Source: Felis catus (Eukaryota). From it: a stretch of DNA of 64,000 nucleotides. Below the pieces are notes generated by a model. It searched no databases. It was given only the letters and a program-made list of their open reading frames with translations, and was not told where the DNA came from. Position 1 is the first letter of the stretch. Every line of letters starts with the position of its first letter. This document shows positions 1 through 11,299 of the stretch, piece by piece. The stretch covers positions 77,440,001 through 77,504,000 of the forward strand of contig NC_058368.1 of assembly GCF_018350175.1 (NCBI RefSeq), given 5' to 3'. The translations under genes were made by a program, and so were the position numbers.

Positions 1-1927
1 CCTTCCTCCACATCTTGTTCTGATTCGAACTTGCTTGCCACTTCAGGATGGGTTCCCAGTCCTCTCCGGAGAGTTTAGTCAACAGGGGTGTGTGCTTCCT
101 GGACGATACAGTGCTGTCTCCTCAGATGATGAGCACTGAGCATACTGGGGACTTTGTGACAGGAGTACAGATAATATTGTGCCTGAACTTCATCCTGCTC
201 CCTCTAATGGCACAAGAAATAAATTTTCACTCTACACTCACCTTTGAGAAAAGCTTGAGGGAGAAATAGATTGATTGGCCAAGTTCACAAGGAAAAGAAG
301 GAAGAATCTGGTGTTGATCTGTTTCTGTGAATGAGATCGCATGCAGATTTGATACATTAAATAAAAATTCTGCAGGATTTGACTGTGGTTTGTCATTGCA
401 CGGGGTTATAAAGTTCAAGATGGATTACTCTTAAAAGAAAGAATTGCTGAAGGTATTTTCTCTAGTCTTCGATCTTTCAAAATATATCTGCCCTTTTGAA
501 GGAGTAATGTTAGTATAGTTATAGTTCTAGTTAGTGTATAGTTTGCAAATTATTCAGAAACATACAAAATCAGCGGTGTCGTGAGGTGTTGGGGGCATTG
601 TCAGAGGGCTAGGCTCTTGTTCAGATGCTACTTCTCTTTAAAAGTATAAAAATGAAAATTTCTCAATAGCTTAAAAAATGTATGCAATAAAATTGGATGG
701 CTAGGGAGGCTAAATTTCCATTTCAGTTGGAGCGTATTTTTTCCAAAATCAAATGTTGAAAGTAAATTTTCTGTATTTTATTATAACATATGTAAATCCA
801 AATGTCTAACCTTGAAAAAGTCAAAGTCGTCGTTTGCAAATGCCTTCTTATAAGGGTATTATATTAGTGCTTTTCACATGCTTTGACAGTTCACCTAACT
901 CATTTTGAAAACAATACTTCTTTGTGAGGCATTGTAATAAATTAGAGCACCAAAGTTCTCATTAGAAAATTAAAGGGTCTTGGTTGCACAACCAAAGTTA
1001 TTCTAATTATAAAGTATTTAATGTATTTCACATCTTTTAATTTCATGTTTTTCTGATAAGATCATTTAATTCTCTTTTCAATTCTAAGAATCATAGGACC
1101 GTCCACGTGGTTCAACAATGCCATTGACAGAGATTGAGATAGCTCGTTTCAAAATCCTGAAGTTGAGCGACAGAGACAGGCAAAGACAGAGACAAAGACA
1201 GAGAGGAGAGAGAGCAGTAGAAATTAGGAAGGAGCAAGAAAAGGGGAAAGAGGTCAGAATCAAAGCAAGTAATTAAATCTACTTGTAACAAACTTGTAAC
1301 AATATAAAGACTTTGATATATATTGGGCCTAACAGATGCGTAAAGAGTTTAATTTCAAATGTCTTACTGAACATAAGTATGAAATTTGAAGAGATTCAGA
1401 AAGCTATGGAAAGACATTTTCTGAAAAACCACATAAATTAAAAAAAAATCTTACATTGTTTTAAGGGGAAAGAAAAACTACACTAAAAAGAAAACTACGA
1501 AATTTTAGACTCTATGGTAAAAATACCTGAGAACACTTAAAATATATTTTATTATTTATTCATCATACTGTATGTTTTGTGAATCCAAATCTTTATGTCA
1601 TTGTATTGCGTTTTAGAAGAAGGAGAATCGCGTTAAATCAAAATGCTTTGGCTCAACCAATGCAGCAAATGTTTTCCAAGATTTTCATCAAAATTGAATC
1701 ATTACTTAAAGGCTTAGAAGCAAATTTTGTTGCTGTTATATTTCATTTACTGATAACTTTTGTGTGCCCTTTGAATTGAGGGGAAGGAAAAAATACATAG
1801 ACATGTTATTTCTGGTGTTATAATGACATTCTAGGCAATTGCCTCAGCAGGAGCCAAGGTTACATGGCCACATCATCACACGGTTTATCTGGAGACATTA
1901 TGACAGAGGATGTTGACCTTGGAAGCA

Positions 1928-2085
1928 AGATTGCAGCTAGACAGACCAAGTCATTTAGGTCACCTTCAATCCATGGCGGTGGTTCCCTGGTCTTTTCCAC
2001 AGTTCGAGATTGCAGCTGGACGGACCAAGTCATTTAGGTCACTTTCAATCCACGGCTGTGGTCCCCCGGTCTTATCCAAAGATCA
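1928..2085 (+). repeat. 79-bp tandem duplication (2 copies)
   Basis: AGATTGCAGCT...AAGTCATTTAGGTCAC... starts at 1928 and 2007; about 11 mismatches by eye. Confidence 0.9.
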
Positions 2086-2505
2086 ACAAAGTCAGCAGAA
2101 ATTATTATCTTAACTGTGCCGCTCTATTTTTTCATACCATATAAAGAGATAGCCAAGAATAAAAAGATAAAATGAAGACACAAAAGGAAGAAGCTAAATA
2201 AAACGCTGAAACCTTTATATTTAACTAGATAATTTTTTTAAGTCTCCATTGCCAAACGGTCAAGCTTAATAACCTATTTGCATAGAGAAATTTGGCCAAT
2301 TCTATTCTGAGAGGAGTCACTTGGGGTCAGCAACATAATGATAGTGAGAGAAAAAGCAAATTGACCTGAAATGAGCAAGCTAGCTGACCAAAGAAACAAG
2401 GTATAAACAAACCTTACCAGTGGCTTAAAAAAAAAATCTTCAGTATGTTTAATTTTTAATATTTTAATGATTTAAGAATTTGCAATTTAAGAAAGAAAGC
2501 ATCCT

Positions 2506-2732
2506 GGGGCATCTGGGTGGCTCAATCAGTTAAGTGTCTGACTTCCCTGCAGGTCACAATCTCAATGGTTTGTGAGTTTCAGCCCCGGGGCAAGCTCCGT
2601 GCTGACAGCTCAGAGCCTGGAGCCTGCTTTGGATTCTGTGTCTCCCTCTCTCTGTCCCTTCCTCGCTCACACTCTGTTTCTGTCTCTCTCTCTCTTTCAA
2701 AAATGAATAAACATTTAAAATTTTTTTAAAAA
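2506..2732 (+). mobile_element. Can-SINE (SINEC_Fc-like)
   Basis: GGGGCATCTGGGTGGCTCA head, (CT)n, A-tail; TSD AAGAAAGAAAGCATCC. Confidence 0.95.
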
Positions 2733-3931
2733 AGAAAGAAAGCATCCATCTAGCTGCCAGCATACTACATATCCTTTAGTGAGATTGGCTTGTTTTTACT
2801 TCATTCTTAGTCTTTCAGAATTGATTGGCCTGAGTACTTCTTTCTATGTTTCTACTTAAGAGTACGTTAGTGAATTTAGAAAAAAATTAAATAATATAGG
2901 CATTTGTAGAGTTGTTCCTATTTTTTGATCTATCATACATCAATAAATCTATGAAACAATGGAAATATGGCCCATTAAGTTGCAGTGCAAACATTCAGAT
3001 GCTTATCATGATATGAAAATAAAAGTCACAGGGAGGAAAAGGAAGAAAAGTACAAAGAACAAGTAACAGAGATAATAGTCTTCCTTTCAACCTTTTCCTA
3101 ATGGCCACAGAGAACTTTAACTTTTGCTTGAACGTTCACTTTCCTTCCGGCACAGTCCATGAGAAATGGACACACATTGAAACTTGCTTTTCGAAACAAA
3201 TGCCCTTGTAGGTATCCAGCATTCAGACAGTTGGTAGCTCTGGGCAGTCGGTGTTACAGGAGCTGAAAGTTTTCGGAGAAATAGTTACTGTTTCTGTAGC
3301 AGCCTCTATCTATAGATCAATATCCACAGTCTGGCTTTCAACGACAGTTGTCAATATGAAAGCATTTGAAGATGTCAGTTATAGTCAGAAGTAGGGAGTG
3401 GGTCAAGCATGCAAATACATTAAAATATCGGGGGGGGGGGGGGAAGAGGCGGTAGGCTTCCCCGAGACTAGAATTAGTGAAATAAGAAATGTTACTCAAG
3501 AGTCCTGCTTAATCCATTTACTTAGACTTTATCAAAAACTTTGCAGGCTTCCTAGTTTTTTTCACTGCAATTTCATTCCATGGAAATTATAGTATTATTT
3601 TAAGACAGATATCAATTCAGTTTAGATACATGTTCATGCTGAGTAAGTTTAAATTTACTGTAGTGTTTTGCTTATGGAATCCAGAGGTGTCAAAGATTTG
3701 TACTTAAAACAAAAAAATCCACGAGCACTTTCAAAACCACTTGGAGGCTGCATCAGTATTTCTATGACCACCTTAGATCAATTCATACTTGTACTTGGAG
3801 CCCCCTCTCAATTCTTATGGGTTTCTTCTACTTTCTGTTGTTTTGTTGGTGGGGGTGGGGGTTGGGGTGGTGGGGGGGGAAGACATATAAAGAAACAATA
3901 GCTGATTACATTAAAAGTCATTAGAGCTCAC

Positions 3932-3963
3932 TTTTTTTTTTAACGTTTTTATTTATTTTGAGG

Positions 3964-4004
<41 letters not shown>

Positions 4005-4129
4005 CCAAGCAAGCTCCATGCTGTCAGTGAAAAACGCAATATGGGGCTCGATCTCACAAACGGTGAGATCATGACCTGAGCCAAAATCAAGAGTCAAACA
4101 TTCAACACACTGAGCCATCTAGGCACCCC
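3932..4129 (-). mobile_element. Can-SINE
   Basis: SINE body with (GA)n; TSD TAGAGCTCACTT. Confidence 0.93.
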
Positions 4130-5464
4130 TAGAGCTCACTTTAATTCTATAATATATATAAATTTTTAAAAAATGTTGAAAACTCATCTGTGGTCAGTTT
4201 GCTAGACTAAAGGTGTGAAATGTTTCTAAAAACATGTTATTAAGACAAACACCAATGCAATCTGGCAACTCTGAATGAGTTCCAGGAGCAGTCCCCATAC
4301 GTAAGCAGTGAGTTTCCCTTCACCAATGAGTAGTCATAACTGTTACAGAGGATGCCATTTTGTCCAGGCACATTTATTCCCTTTATCTCACGCCTCAAGT
4401 AGTCCCATGTGTGTGATCTCGTGTTCAAAATCATTGGCTTCCTTGTGCCACATGTTAAGAGGTGCCAAGTAGGTACCCAAACGATGGCTTTGCCCCTGAG
4501 ATCCTGTCCTTCTTTACAGTAAAAAATGAATTTGAAAAGCATGTAATACTACTGCTTCTTGGCTAGGTGTTTCATCAGGATGTTCCCCTTGACCTCTTCT
4601 CCTTTACTTCAAATCAGTGAGCAGGGTAGCAGTCCAGGGGGCAAAAAAATGAAATGTGGGCAGATGTGGCTTACGACATCAGATAGCTCTTTTTTTTTTT
4701 TTTTTTTTTTTACAGTTTTTAACTTTTTACGTTTAAAACTTAGGAATTTTATAAGTATCTTAGAATTTGGAGAAAATAAGAGGTGGTTCGAGCTCTAGGC
4801 TGGTGCTATTCCACTCACTTTTTTTTCCTTCCTCCCATTTAAAGACTTATTATTCACCGTTGCTCAATACCTGCATGCCATATTCCATTTTTTTTCCTAA
4901 ACATCATTCATGCTTAAAAGATAGAGAAGATTCTGGTTACCTAAAAATTGGTATTCTTTCATTAACGGAGACATTCTGAGAGTCTGTTTTCTACCCCAAA
5001 GTAGGTATAGTTTTTAAATGAGCGCACTGTTCAACCTTTAGCAAATAAATAGGAATCACTTATCACAATGTGATGTGTGTGTTGTCATGGACTGAATAAT
5101 TTTGTGGTTCAAGTTTTACTTGAAAGCTATGTCTATACATATATTATACACTTATAAAGGTATGCTAATAGCTGTATAGCCTGTCTCCTTATGTATACGT
5201 TTGCATGTGTGTATAATTAAATACCCGTCTGCAGTTCTGGTAAAAACGAGATGCACCTTTTGTAACTGACTGAATGCTTCCACTAACAAGTTTAGCTGTT
5301 ACCTGGAAAGAACACAAGCCTCAGATCTACCAGGGTTTTAATCTTGTCCAGGTATCAGATGCCACCTCCTTGGCACACAGAGCTGATTCCCAACTACACC
5401 ATTCACTTAGTTTTTTCCTGGCAAAAATAATGTTCTTATTCATTCATATAAACACCCATTTTTA

Positions 5465-5507
5465 TTTTCTTTCCTTCCTTCCTTGTTTTCTTTCTTTCCT
5501 CTTTCTT

Positions 5508-5551
<44 letters not shown>

Positions 5552-5580
5552 TTTCTTTCTTTCTTGTCTTCCTTTTTTCC
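5465..5580. repeat. (TTTC)n pyrimidine microsatellite
   Basis: Seen directly. Confidence 0.9.
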
Positions 5581-6894
5581 CTTGCTGCCTGCCTCCTTTT
5601 AATTTAATGACTACGGGTTCTAGTACTTAAATGGCACCAATTCATTGGTGAGGAGCTACATTCCTTTGTTTCTAATGATGCCATTTAAATGAACAATTTT
5701 CACTTACCATATGGTGGGAGAGGAGAACGATACAGCTACTATCTTTTTAATGAAAGAACAGTCAATGTAAAGCTTTGCCGAATGCAAACGTAATAAGGAG
5801 TAACACTGTGTTACTTGACGTTTGGCTTTGCAGAATCAAAATCTTCCACAAGCTGGGCTTTCCCTATTGCAGAAATAAAGACAGTAATAAACCTGGGGAA
5901 ATCTGTTCTACCCATTTGCGGATCAAGTAGTATTTTCTTGATTTGCAATTTGCTTTCAGAAATAATCGTTTTAATACATAATTCATTATCCACTATGCAA
6001 TGGATATCTACTACAAGAAAAATAGAATGGGATGATGATTGCCAAGGTGCCAGGTCTGAACTTTTTGTGTCAGAATTAACACGCGCAAGTTGATCAAGTA
6101 GAAAAACCACTTCGAATGGCCCATGAGTGTGATGAGACTTGCATCTTCAGTGGCTGTTTCTTGACTTTGTGAAGGAGCCATTGCCCATTTGGACCCTTTG
6201 GCTGACCCCTGAAAAGCCACTGTCGTTCCCTGTGTCCATGGAAACACAGGGATGTGCGTTTACGGTAATGAATACGAGGCACCGAGATGATTCTCACAGG
6301 ATAAGGATAAACGTATATGGCAAGAAAAGAATTCTACCGGAATGAGAGACAATTCCCACACTGGTTGACGGGTGGTAAATAACTGGTTCTCCTTCTTTCC
6401 CCGCCACCCCGTCCTCACTTAAATTATAGTTTCATAGTATGATTAGATACTGTGCTGTTTCTCCCAACTCTTGAGATTGTCTTCTGGAGGGCTTACCTGT
6501 CAGGTAAGGTACTGCTGGGTTTTGGTCTCCCTCTCTCCACTGCCATTCTCCCCAAACTAAAGCTCAAACATGGCGCAGTGGAATCTTCCAATCCCTCTAT
6601 ATTTGAAAAGAATTTTAACCAGTTGCAAAAGATATTAAGAGAAAATGAAACCCTGTTTGTTATGGGCTATTTTTTTTTTTAAATCATTTTGCCCAGCGTC
6701 TTGAAATAGTAGCTTTTTATCAGGAGAGTGGGTGGAGCTTGCATCTGTGTTGATCTGTCATTTCCCCACAGAATGGAAATTCCCAGGGCACAAACAAGAG
6801 CATGAGGAACAAGGAAGAAATGGACCGTGGCGTGGCCTTTGCACAGAAGAGGTAGATGAAGGTGAGAACACAGTTTTTCCTGGCCATATATCTT

Positions 6895-7111
6895 TAAAAA
6901 AAAAAAAAACTTTTTTAATGTTTATTTATTCTTGAGAGAGAGAGCGTGAGCAGGGGAGGGGCAGAGAGAGAGGGAGACACAGAATCTGAAGCAGGCTCCA
7001 GGCTCCGAGCTGTCAGCATGGAGCCAGACACAGGGCTTGAACCCACAAACCGTGAGATCATGACCTGAGCGGAAGTCGGACACTCAACTGACTGAGTCAC
7101 CCAAGTGCCCC
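6895..7111 (-). mobile_element. Can-SINE (SINEC_Fc-like)
   Basis: Full body; TSD CTGGCCATATATCTT. Confidence 0.95.
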
Positions 7112-7257
7112 TTCTGGCCATATATCTTAAAGCCTTTAAGGGGTCAGTTGAAAAAGAACTCACCTCCTAAATCCTTTCTCATGAGTCAGCCCCCCTGTAT
7201 CCTTCCCCCACTGCTCCCCTACTTTAGTCATCCCCCAACTCCCCTGAAATCTGTGGT

Positions 7258-7276
7258 CCACCACTAGATGGTCTTT
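7258..7276 (+). promoter_or_regulatory. CTCF motif
   Basis: CCACCACTAGATGGTCTTT. Confidence 0.45.
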
Positions 7277-7399
7277 AAACATGCACGGTTCTCCCAGTGT
7301 TTAACACTTGCAGCAACTCAGTGTCCCCCAAGCACCTCTTCCCACCCTCTTGTGGCCCCAGAAATAGCATGGTATTTCTGTAATTATAATACTGTACCC

Positions 7400-7425
7400 T
7401 GTGTGTGTGTGTGTGTGTGTGTGTG
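7400..7425. repeat. (TG)n microsatellite
   Basis: Seen directly. Confidence 0.9.
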
Positions 7426-7555
7426 CATGCGTGAATGTGTGTTGGCATTTGCATAAAAAACAATTTTTAAAAAAGGAACAAAAACTGGAGAGTTTTGCAT
7501 TTTGGCGGGTTTTTTTTTTGTATTTGCGCAGACCATTTTAGGATTTTCAGTCTCA

Positions 7556-7693
7556 ACAAAACACTATTAAAACGAAGAATCTAGTAAAATATTTGTGCAT
7601 GTACTGCTAAACAATTCTAGCAATTTTATTAAGCAATACCTTTATTATTTTTTGAATATTCTTAACAGACTGGAACAAAACATTTTTTTTATT
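7556..7693 (-). terminator. Candidate polyadenylation region of NALF1
   Basis: Minus-strand AATAAA (plus tttatt) at 7625-7630, 7641-7646 and 7688-7693, followed on the mRNA strand by U/GU-rich TTCTTCGTTTTAATAGTGTTTTGTTG. Confidence 0.55.
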
Positions 7694-8299
7694 CAAAACA
7701 AAATATGCATACTGTACGCATGTCGCAGGGTTAAGTATGATGCAGAGATTAAAGTTTGTTTGAACAAAAACAAATGCCTGGGGGAATTTCATAGCTATAA
7801 AGTTAATAACTAAATTTTGTTCGCTACGAGGACCTTTTCTATGGTTTCCCTTCATCTCCCAGCTACACAGCAAACATATCTGAAGTGCACTTCCCAAGTG
7901 TAGTTAGAGTATAGGAAGGAATGTAAAGTGTTTTTTTTAATTATTTGTTTTGTTTGTTTGTTTTTTTAAAAACAGCCCTTATGAACTCTTCCTTCCACTG
8001 ATTCTACTGTAAACTCATAAAAGCCTTTTTTAGAAAGCAAATTCATGTACACTCAGCAGGTGAAATGTTCCCACGAAAAGAAAAAATACAAACAGAGCGA
8101 TCTGATTTCTTCTCTTTTTGTCAACTACCTAGAGCGTGTTCCAGTGACAGAGTTTTTGCACTTGAATGAAAATGGCTAACCTATTTGTTTTTTAAACAAG
8201 TTCTTCTTTTGTGATAATGCAGAATTGCATACACTTTATACCTGGAATAATTTAAAAATCATAGGTGGGGGAATACGGGGGGTAAAATTGTATATATTC

Positions 8300-9120
8300 T
8301 GTATTCTGCCGGGGTTGGAGCATCTCTGCGGTCTCCTCCACGACCACAAAGGAGGAGAAAGAAACCCAGATTTGTGTCCTCAGTCCCTTTGCTGCCCTTG
8401 CAAGGGCCCGAGCGAGCCAAGACCCGCACGAGAGCCCGCCCGCAGTCCCGCAGGAGGGGCATCCAGCCGCGCCCGTCCTGACTCTGGGCGGGCTCGCGGC
8501 CACCTGACCACCCGCGACGGCGACGAGGGACGGGGCCTCGGGGGATGGGAGCTGGAGCAACGTAGTTCATGGTGGTTTTCTTTGCTTTTGTTTTGTTTTC
8601 AACATAAAAATGTGTTAACTGTCTGATTCCGCCTACCATGGAGAGCACTTGTTTGTTCAGCTAAAAAGGAACCCCTTGTTCTGCTCCCGGCGGGGTCGGC
8701 GACAGCGGCCCGAGGACCGCGGAGCGTGCGCGCCCGCACTGCGGCTGCACAGACAGAAGCAAGCGATGTTGTCTGCTGGGGGCGGGGCTGGGGCTGAGAG
8801 GGGGCGGGGAGAGGGCGGGGCTGGCGGGGACGAGGCCTGGGAAGAGGCTGGCGGGGGCCGGGCGGGGGCGGGGCCTGGGAAGGGGCTGGCGGGGGCGGGG
8901 CCTGGGAAGAGGTTGGCGGGGACGGGGCCTGGGAAGGGGCTGGAGGGGGGGTGGGCCGGGATGGGAAGGTTGGGGGGAAGGGGATTGGGGAGTGGGGGGT
9001 GGGGATGGGATGATTGGGGGCAGGCATGGGATAGGGAGGGTTTTGGGGAGGGGACTGGGAGGGGCTGGGGATGGGAGGGGGCGGGGAAGGCAGTCGCTTT
9101 CGGAAGCGGGAGGGAAGAGT
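8300..9120. promoter_or_regulatory. CpG-island-like and G-rich segment in 3' UTR with multiple GC boxes
   Basis: Dense CpGs at 8400-8770; repeated GGGGCGGGG (Sp/KLF type) at 8779-9086. Confidence 0.6.
8823..8941 (+). repeat. 27-bp GC-rich minisatellite (4 copies plus one partial)
   Basis: GGCGGGG(G/A)CG(G/A)GGCCTGGGAAG(G/A)GG(C/T)T at 8823, 8861, 8888, 8915; 11-bp partial at 8850. Confidence 0.9.
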
Positions 9121-9589
9121 TAGGGGTTTTTTTATTTTTATTTTTTGTTGTTTTCTTTTTTTTGTCTTTTTTTATTTTTTTATGATTTTTTTTTTGTTGT
9201 TGTTGTATTTTGCTATATACCGCGAGGTCATAGCAATCATTCCGCTAATAGAAACTGACAGGACATAGAGACAGAACTATCTGATGAACACACACAATGA
9301 CTAGAAATATATATATAGAGAGAGAGAGAGAAAGAGAGAAAGAGACAGTGAAGACTTAGTTTACCTCTGAGAAACCATCCCCAAAAAATAAATCCTGTAT
9401 TAACAAGTGCAAAAAAATAAAAGAACAAATAAACCCAAAATCAAAGGAAAGCAAATAAAACCTCCAAACATTAAAACACAGTGTATAAAATGGTGTGAGA
9501 AATTTAAGTCACTTTACAGCCTTTTAGTCAATAAAAAGCTGTGTTTGTGTCCTCGTTTGGATCCAGGCCCATCTTCTGAGATTTTACCC

Positions 9590-10070
9590 TAAAGGCCCTG
9601 CGAGAAGCGGTTGGAGGGTAAAAGCACCCAGTGTGTCCGAGCGGCAGCGGGCAGGTGCTGGGTGCGCCCTGGCGGGGCCCTGGTGGCCCTGGTGGCCCTG
9701 GGGTGGCCCTCCCGGCTACTCCTCGCGCGCCGAGCTGTCTTCCAGCGCGTTGATGCCCCCTACGCTCAGCGCCGTGCTGTTCTGCGCCGCGGAGGCCGTG
9801 AGCACTGTGTGCAGGAGAATCAGTACGAGCACACACAGTTTGAGTCTGCTGTTGCACAGTCTGGTTGCTGATGACACTGTGAGTGACGTCCTGTGACAGG
9901 GGCCGCTGGTCCCCACCGTCCCTCTGGAGGGCTTGCTGGGGCGCTCTTCTCTCCTGACATCACAGCATTCGGGTTCATCATTGGTTAGGAAGGTTTCGTA
10001 GAGCCCTGGAGGGTGAAGACAGGACAGGGCCCGGTTAAAAGGCGCCAAGAGCCACGGGCAGGAGCTCACA
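9590..10070. promoter_or_regulatory. CpG-rich segment over the terminal coding exon
   Basis: High GC and many CpGs against AT-rich flanks. Confidence 0.5.
9716..10005 (-). CDS. NALF1: NALCN channel auxiliary factor 1 (FAM155A), last coding exon
   Basis: Translates (G)[20 protein letters not shown]...[39 protein letters not shown]...EE*, which I recognise as the FAM155A C-terminus. Acceptor ...tgtcctgtcttcaccctccag|GG at 10006-10007, phase matches exon 2, TAG at 9716-9718. Confidence 0.96.
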
Positions 10071-11009
10071 CAGTACAGTGAAGCTGTTACTCTAACGTTC
10101 TGATCCACAAAATCTTACAGGCAGTTAAGCATTTTGTAAAGGAAAGGCAAGTCAATGCAATGTGGACACATAGTCAACCGGTACTTTTAAGTTCCTCACT
10201 GCGCTCTTTTTACATTCCCGGAGGCCACACCAGGGAAGCTCTGGGTTGTGATGAATACAGAGTGAAAGGTTCCATTAGGTCCAAAATCAGAACCTGAGGT
10301 TCTGGATCAGCTTGGTGACCAAGGCTGTACAACCATCCTTTTTCTTTAGAAGGAATGCGATTAACTGATGTAACAGGTAAAGTAACAGTAACTACTTGTG
10401 CTAAGAGAAACAACCGAACAATTGTAACATCATAGCTCTAGGAACCAGCTTTAGTAATCACTTCCTCTCGACCTCGCCCTGTCCTTAGCTCGCCTTCTTG
10501 GTGAATGGGCAGAACCTTCTAAGCATCCAATGGGGACATTTCCGTTGGATTTATTTTGTAAATATTGTTCTTTTTCTTCCATTTGCTGTTCTACTGCAGA
10601 AGACCTATCTTATGCCTGGACCATTGCAGGAAGAGGCTCTCTGTTCTATTTCCAACCTCCCCTGCCTTTCCAGGAATGCCTGCCCCCTCTCTTTTATCTT
10701 CCCTCCTCCCAGAATCTCTTCTCTTCCTCCCTTCTCCTTTCCCTGCTTCCCCTATAATAATGCATTGTTCTTATTTTTAAATTGATACATGGATATTTTA
10801 GAAACTTTCAAATTGGTGAAAAGAATAAAATACTTGGCTACCTCTACTCTTTCCAATCTTGTTTCTTGCTCTGTTATATATAATTTTGTTAAGTAGCTAC
10901 AGAACCCATTTTGTATCTTTTTTTTTTTTACCTGACAGCAACATTTTCGCAAGTGTTAGCAAAAACTTTCTACACAGATTTTATTATACTATCCTCAAGC
11001 TTGAAACTT

Positions 11010-11125
11010 TAAAAGTGAGGACAGAGTAGTTACAAGGATTAAACCAAGATTTTGTATGTAAAGAGCTTGGCTTAGTGCCTAGTATACAGAAGCATGAAAA
11101 ATTTGGCTCCTCTTAATAATAATAG
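11010..11125 (+). mobile_element. MIR fragment
   Basis: AGGATTAAA...TGTATGTAAAGAGCTTGGCTTAGTGCCTAG. Confidence 0.6.
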
Positions 11126-11299
11126 CTAGTAGTAGTGTCTCATTGTCTCCACCTAACTAATACAATCTAAAATACCTTTTCCCATCTCTGCAGACTCATT
11201 GGCCAATGTTCCAGACAGCCTGAACTGCTGGTTCTTCCAGAGCACACGATACCTTCACCACTTCTCAAGCTGCTTTTTCTTCCTGGACTTTTTTCCATC

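Larger units (their letters stand above)
7600..9715 (-). other. NALF1: NALF1 3' UTR (distal end approximate)
   Basis: Sequence free of recognisable transposons after the stop codon, U/A-rich on the mRNA strand, ending at a cluster of AATAAA hexamers. Confidence 0.7.

Noticed and set aside
8599..9185. Long Pro-rich (142 aa, minus) and Gly-rich (178 aa, plus) ORFs
   Set aside because: They are translations of the G-rich low-complexity UTR tract, where stops are rare by composition.
9528..9896. Alternative-frame and antisense ORFs over the last exon
   Set aside because: Expected in GC-rich coding DNA; no recognisable product.
10006..10108. N-terminal part of ORF 9716..10108
   Set aside because: Intronic; similarity to FAM155A starts at the AG acceptor at 10006.
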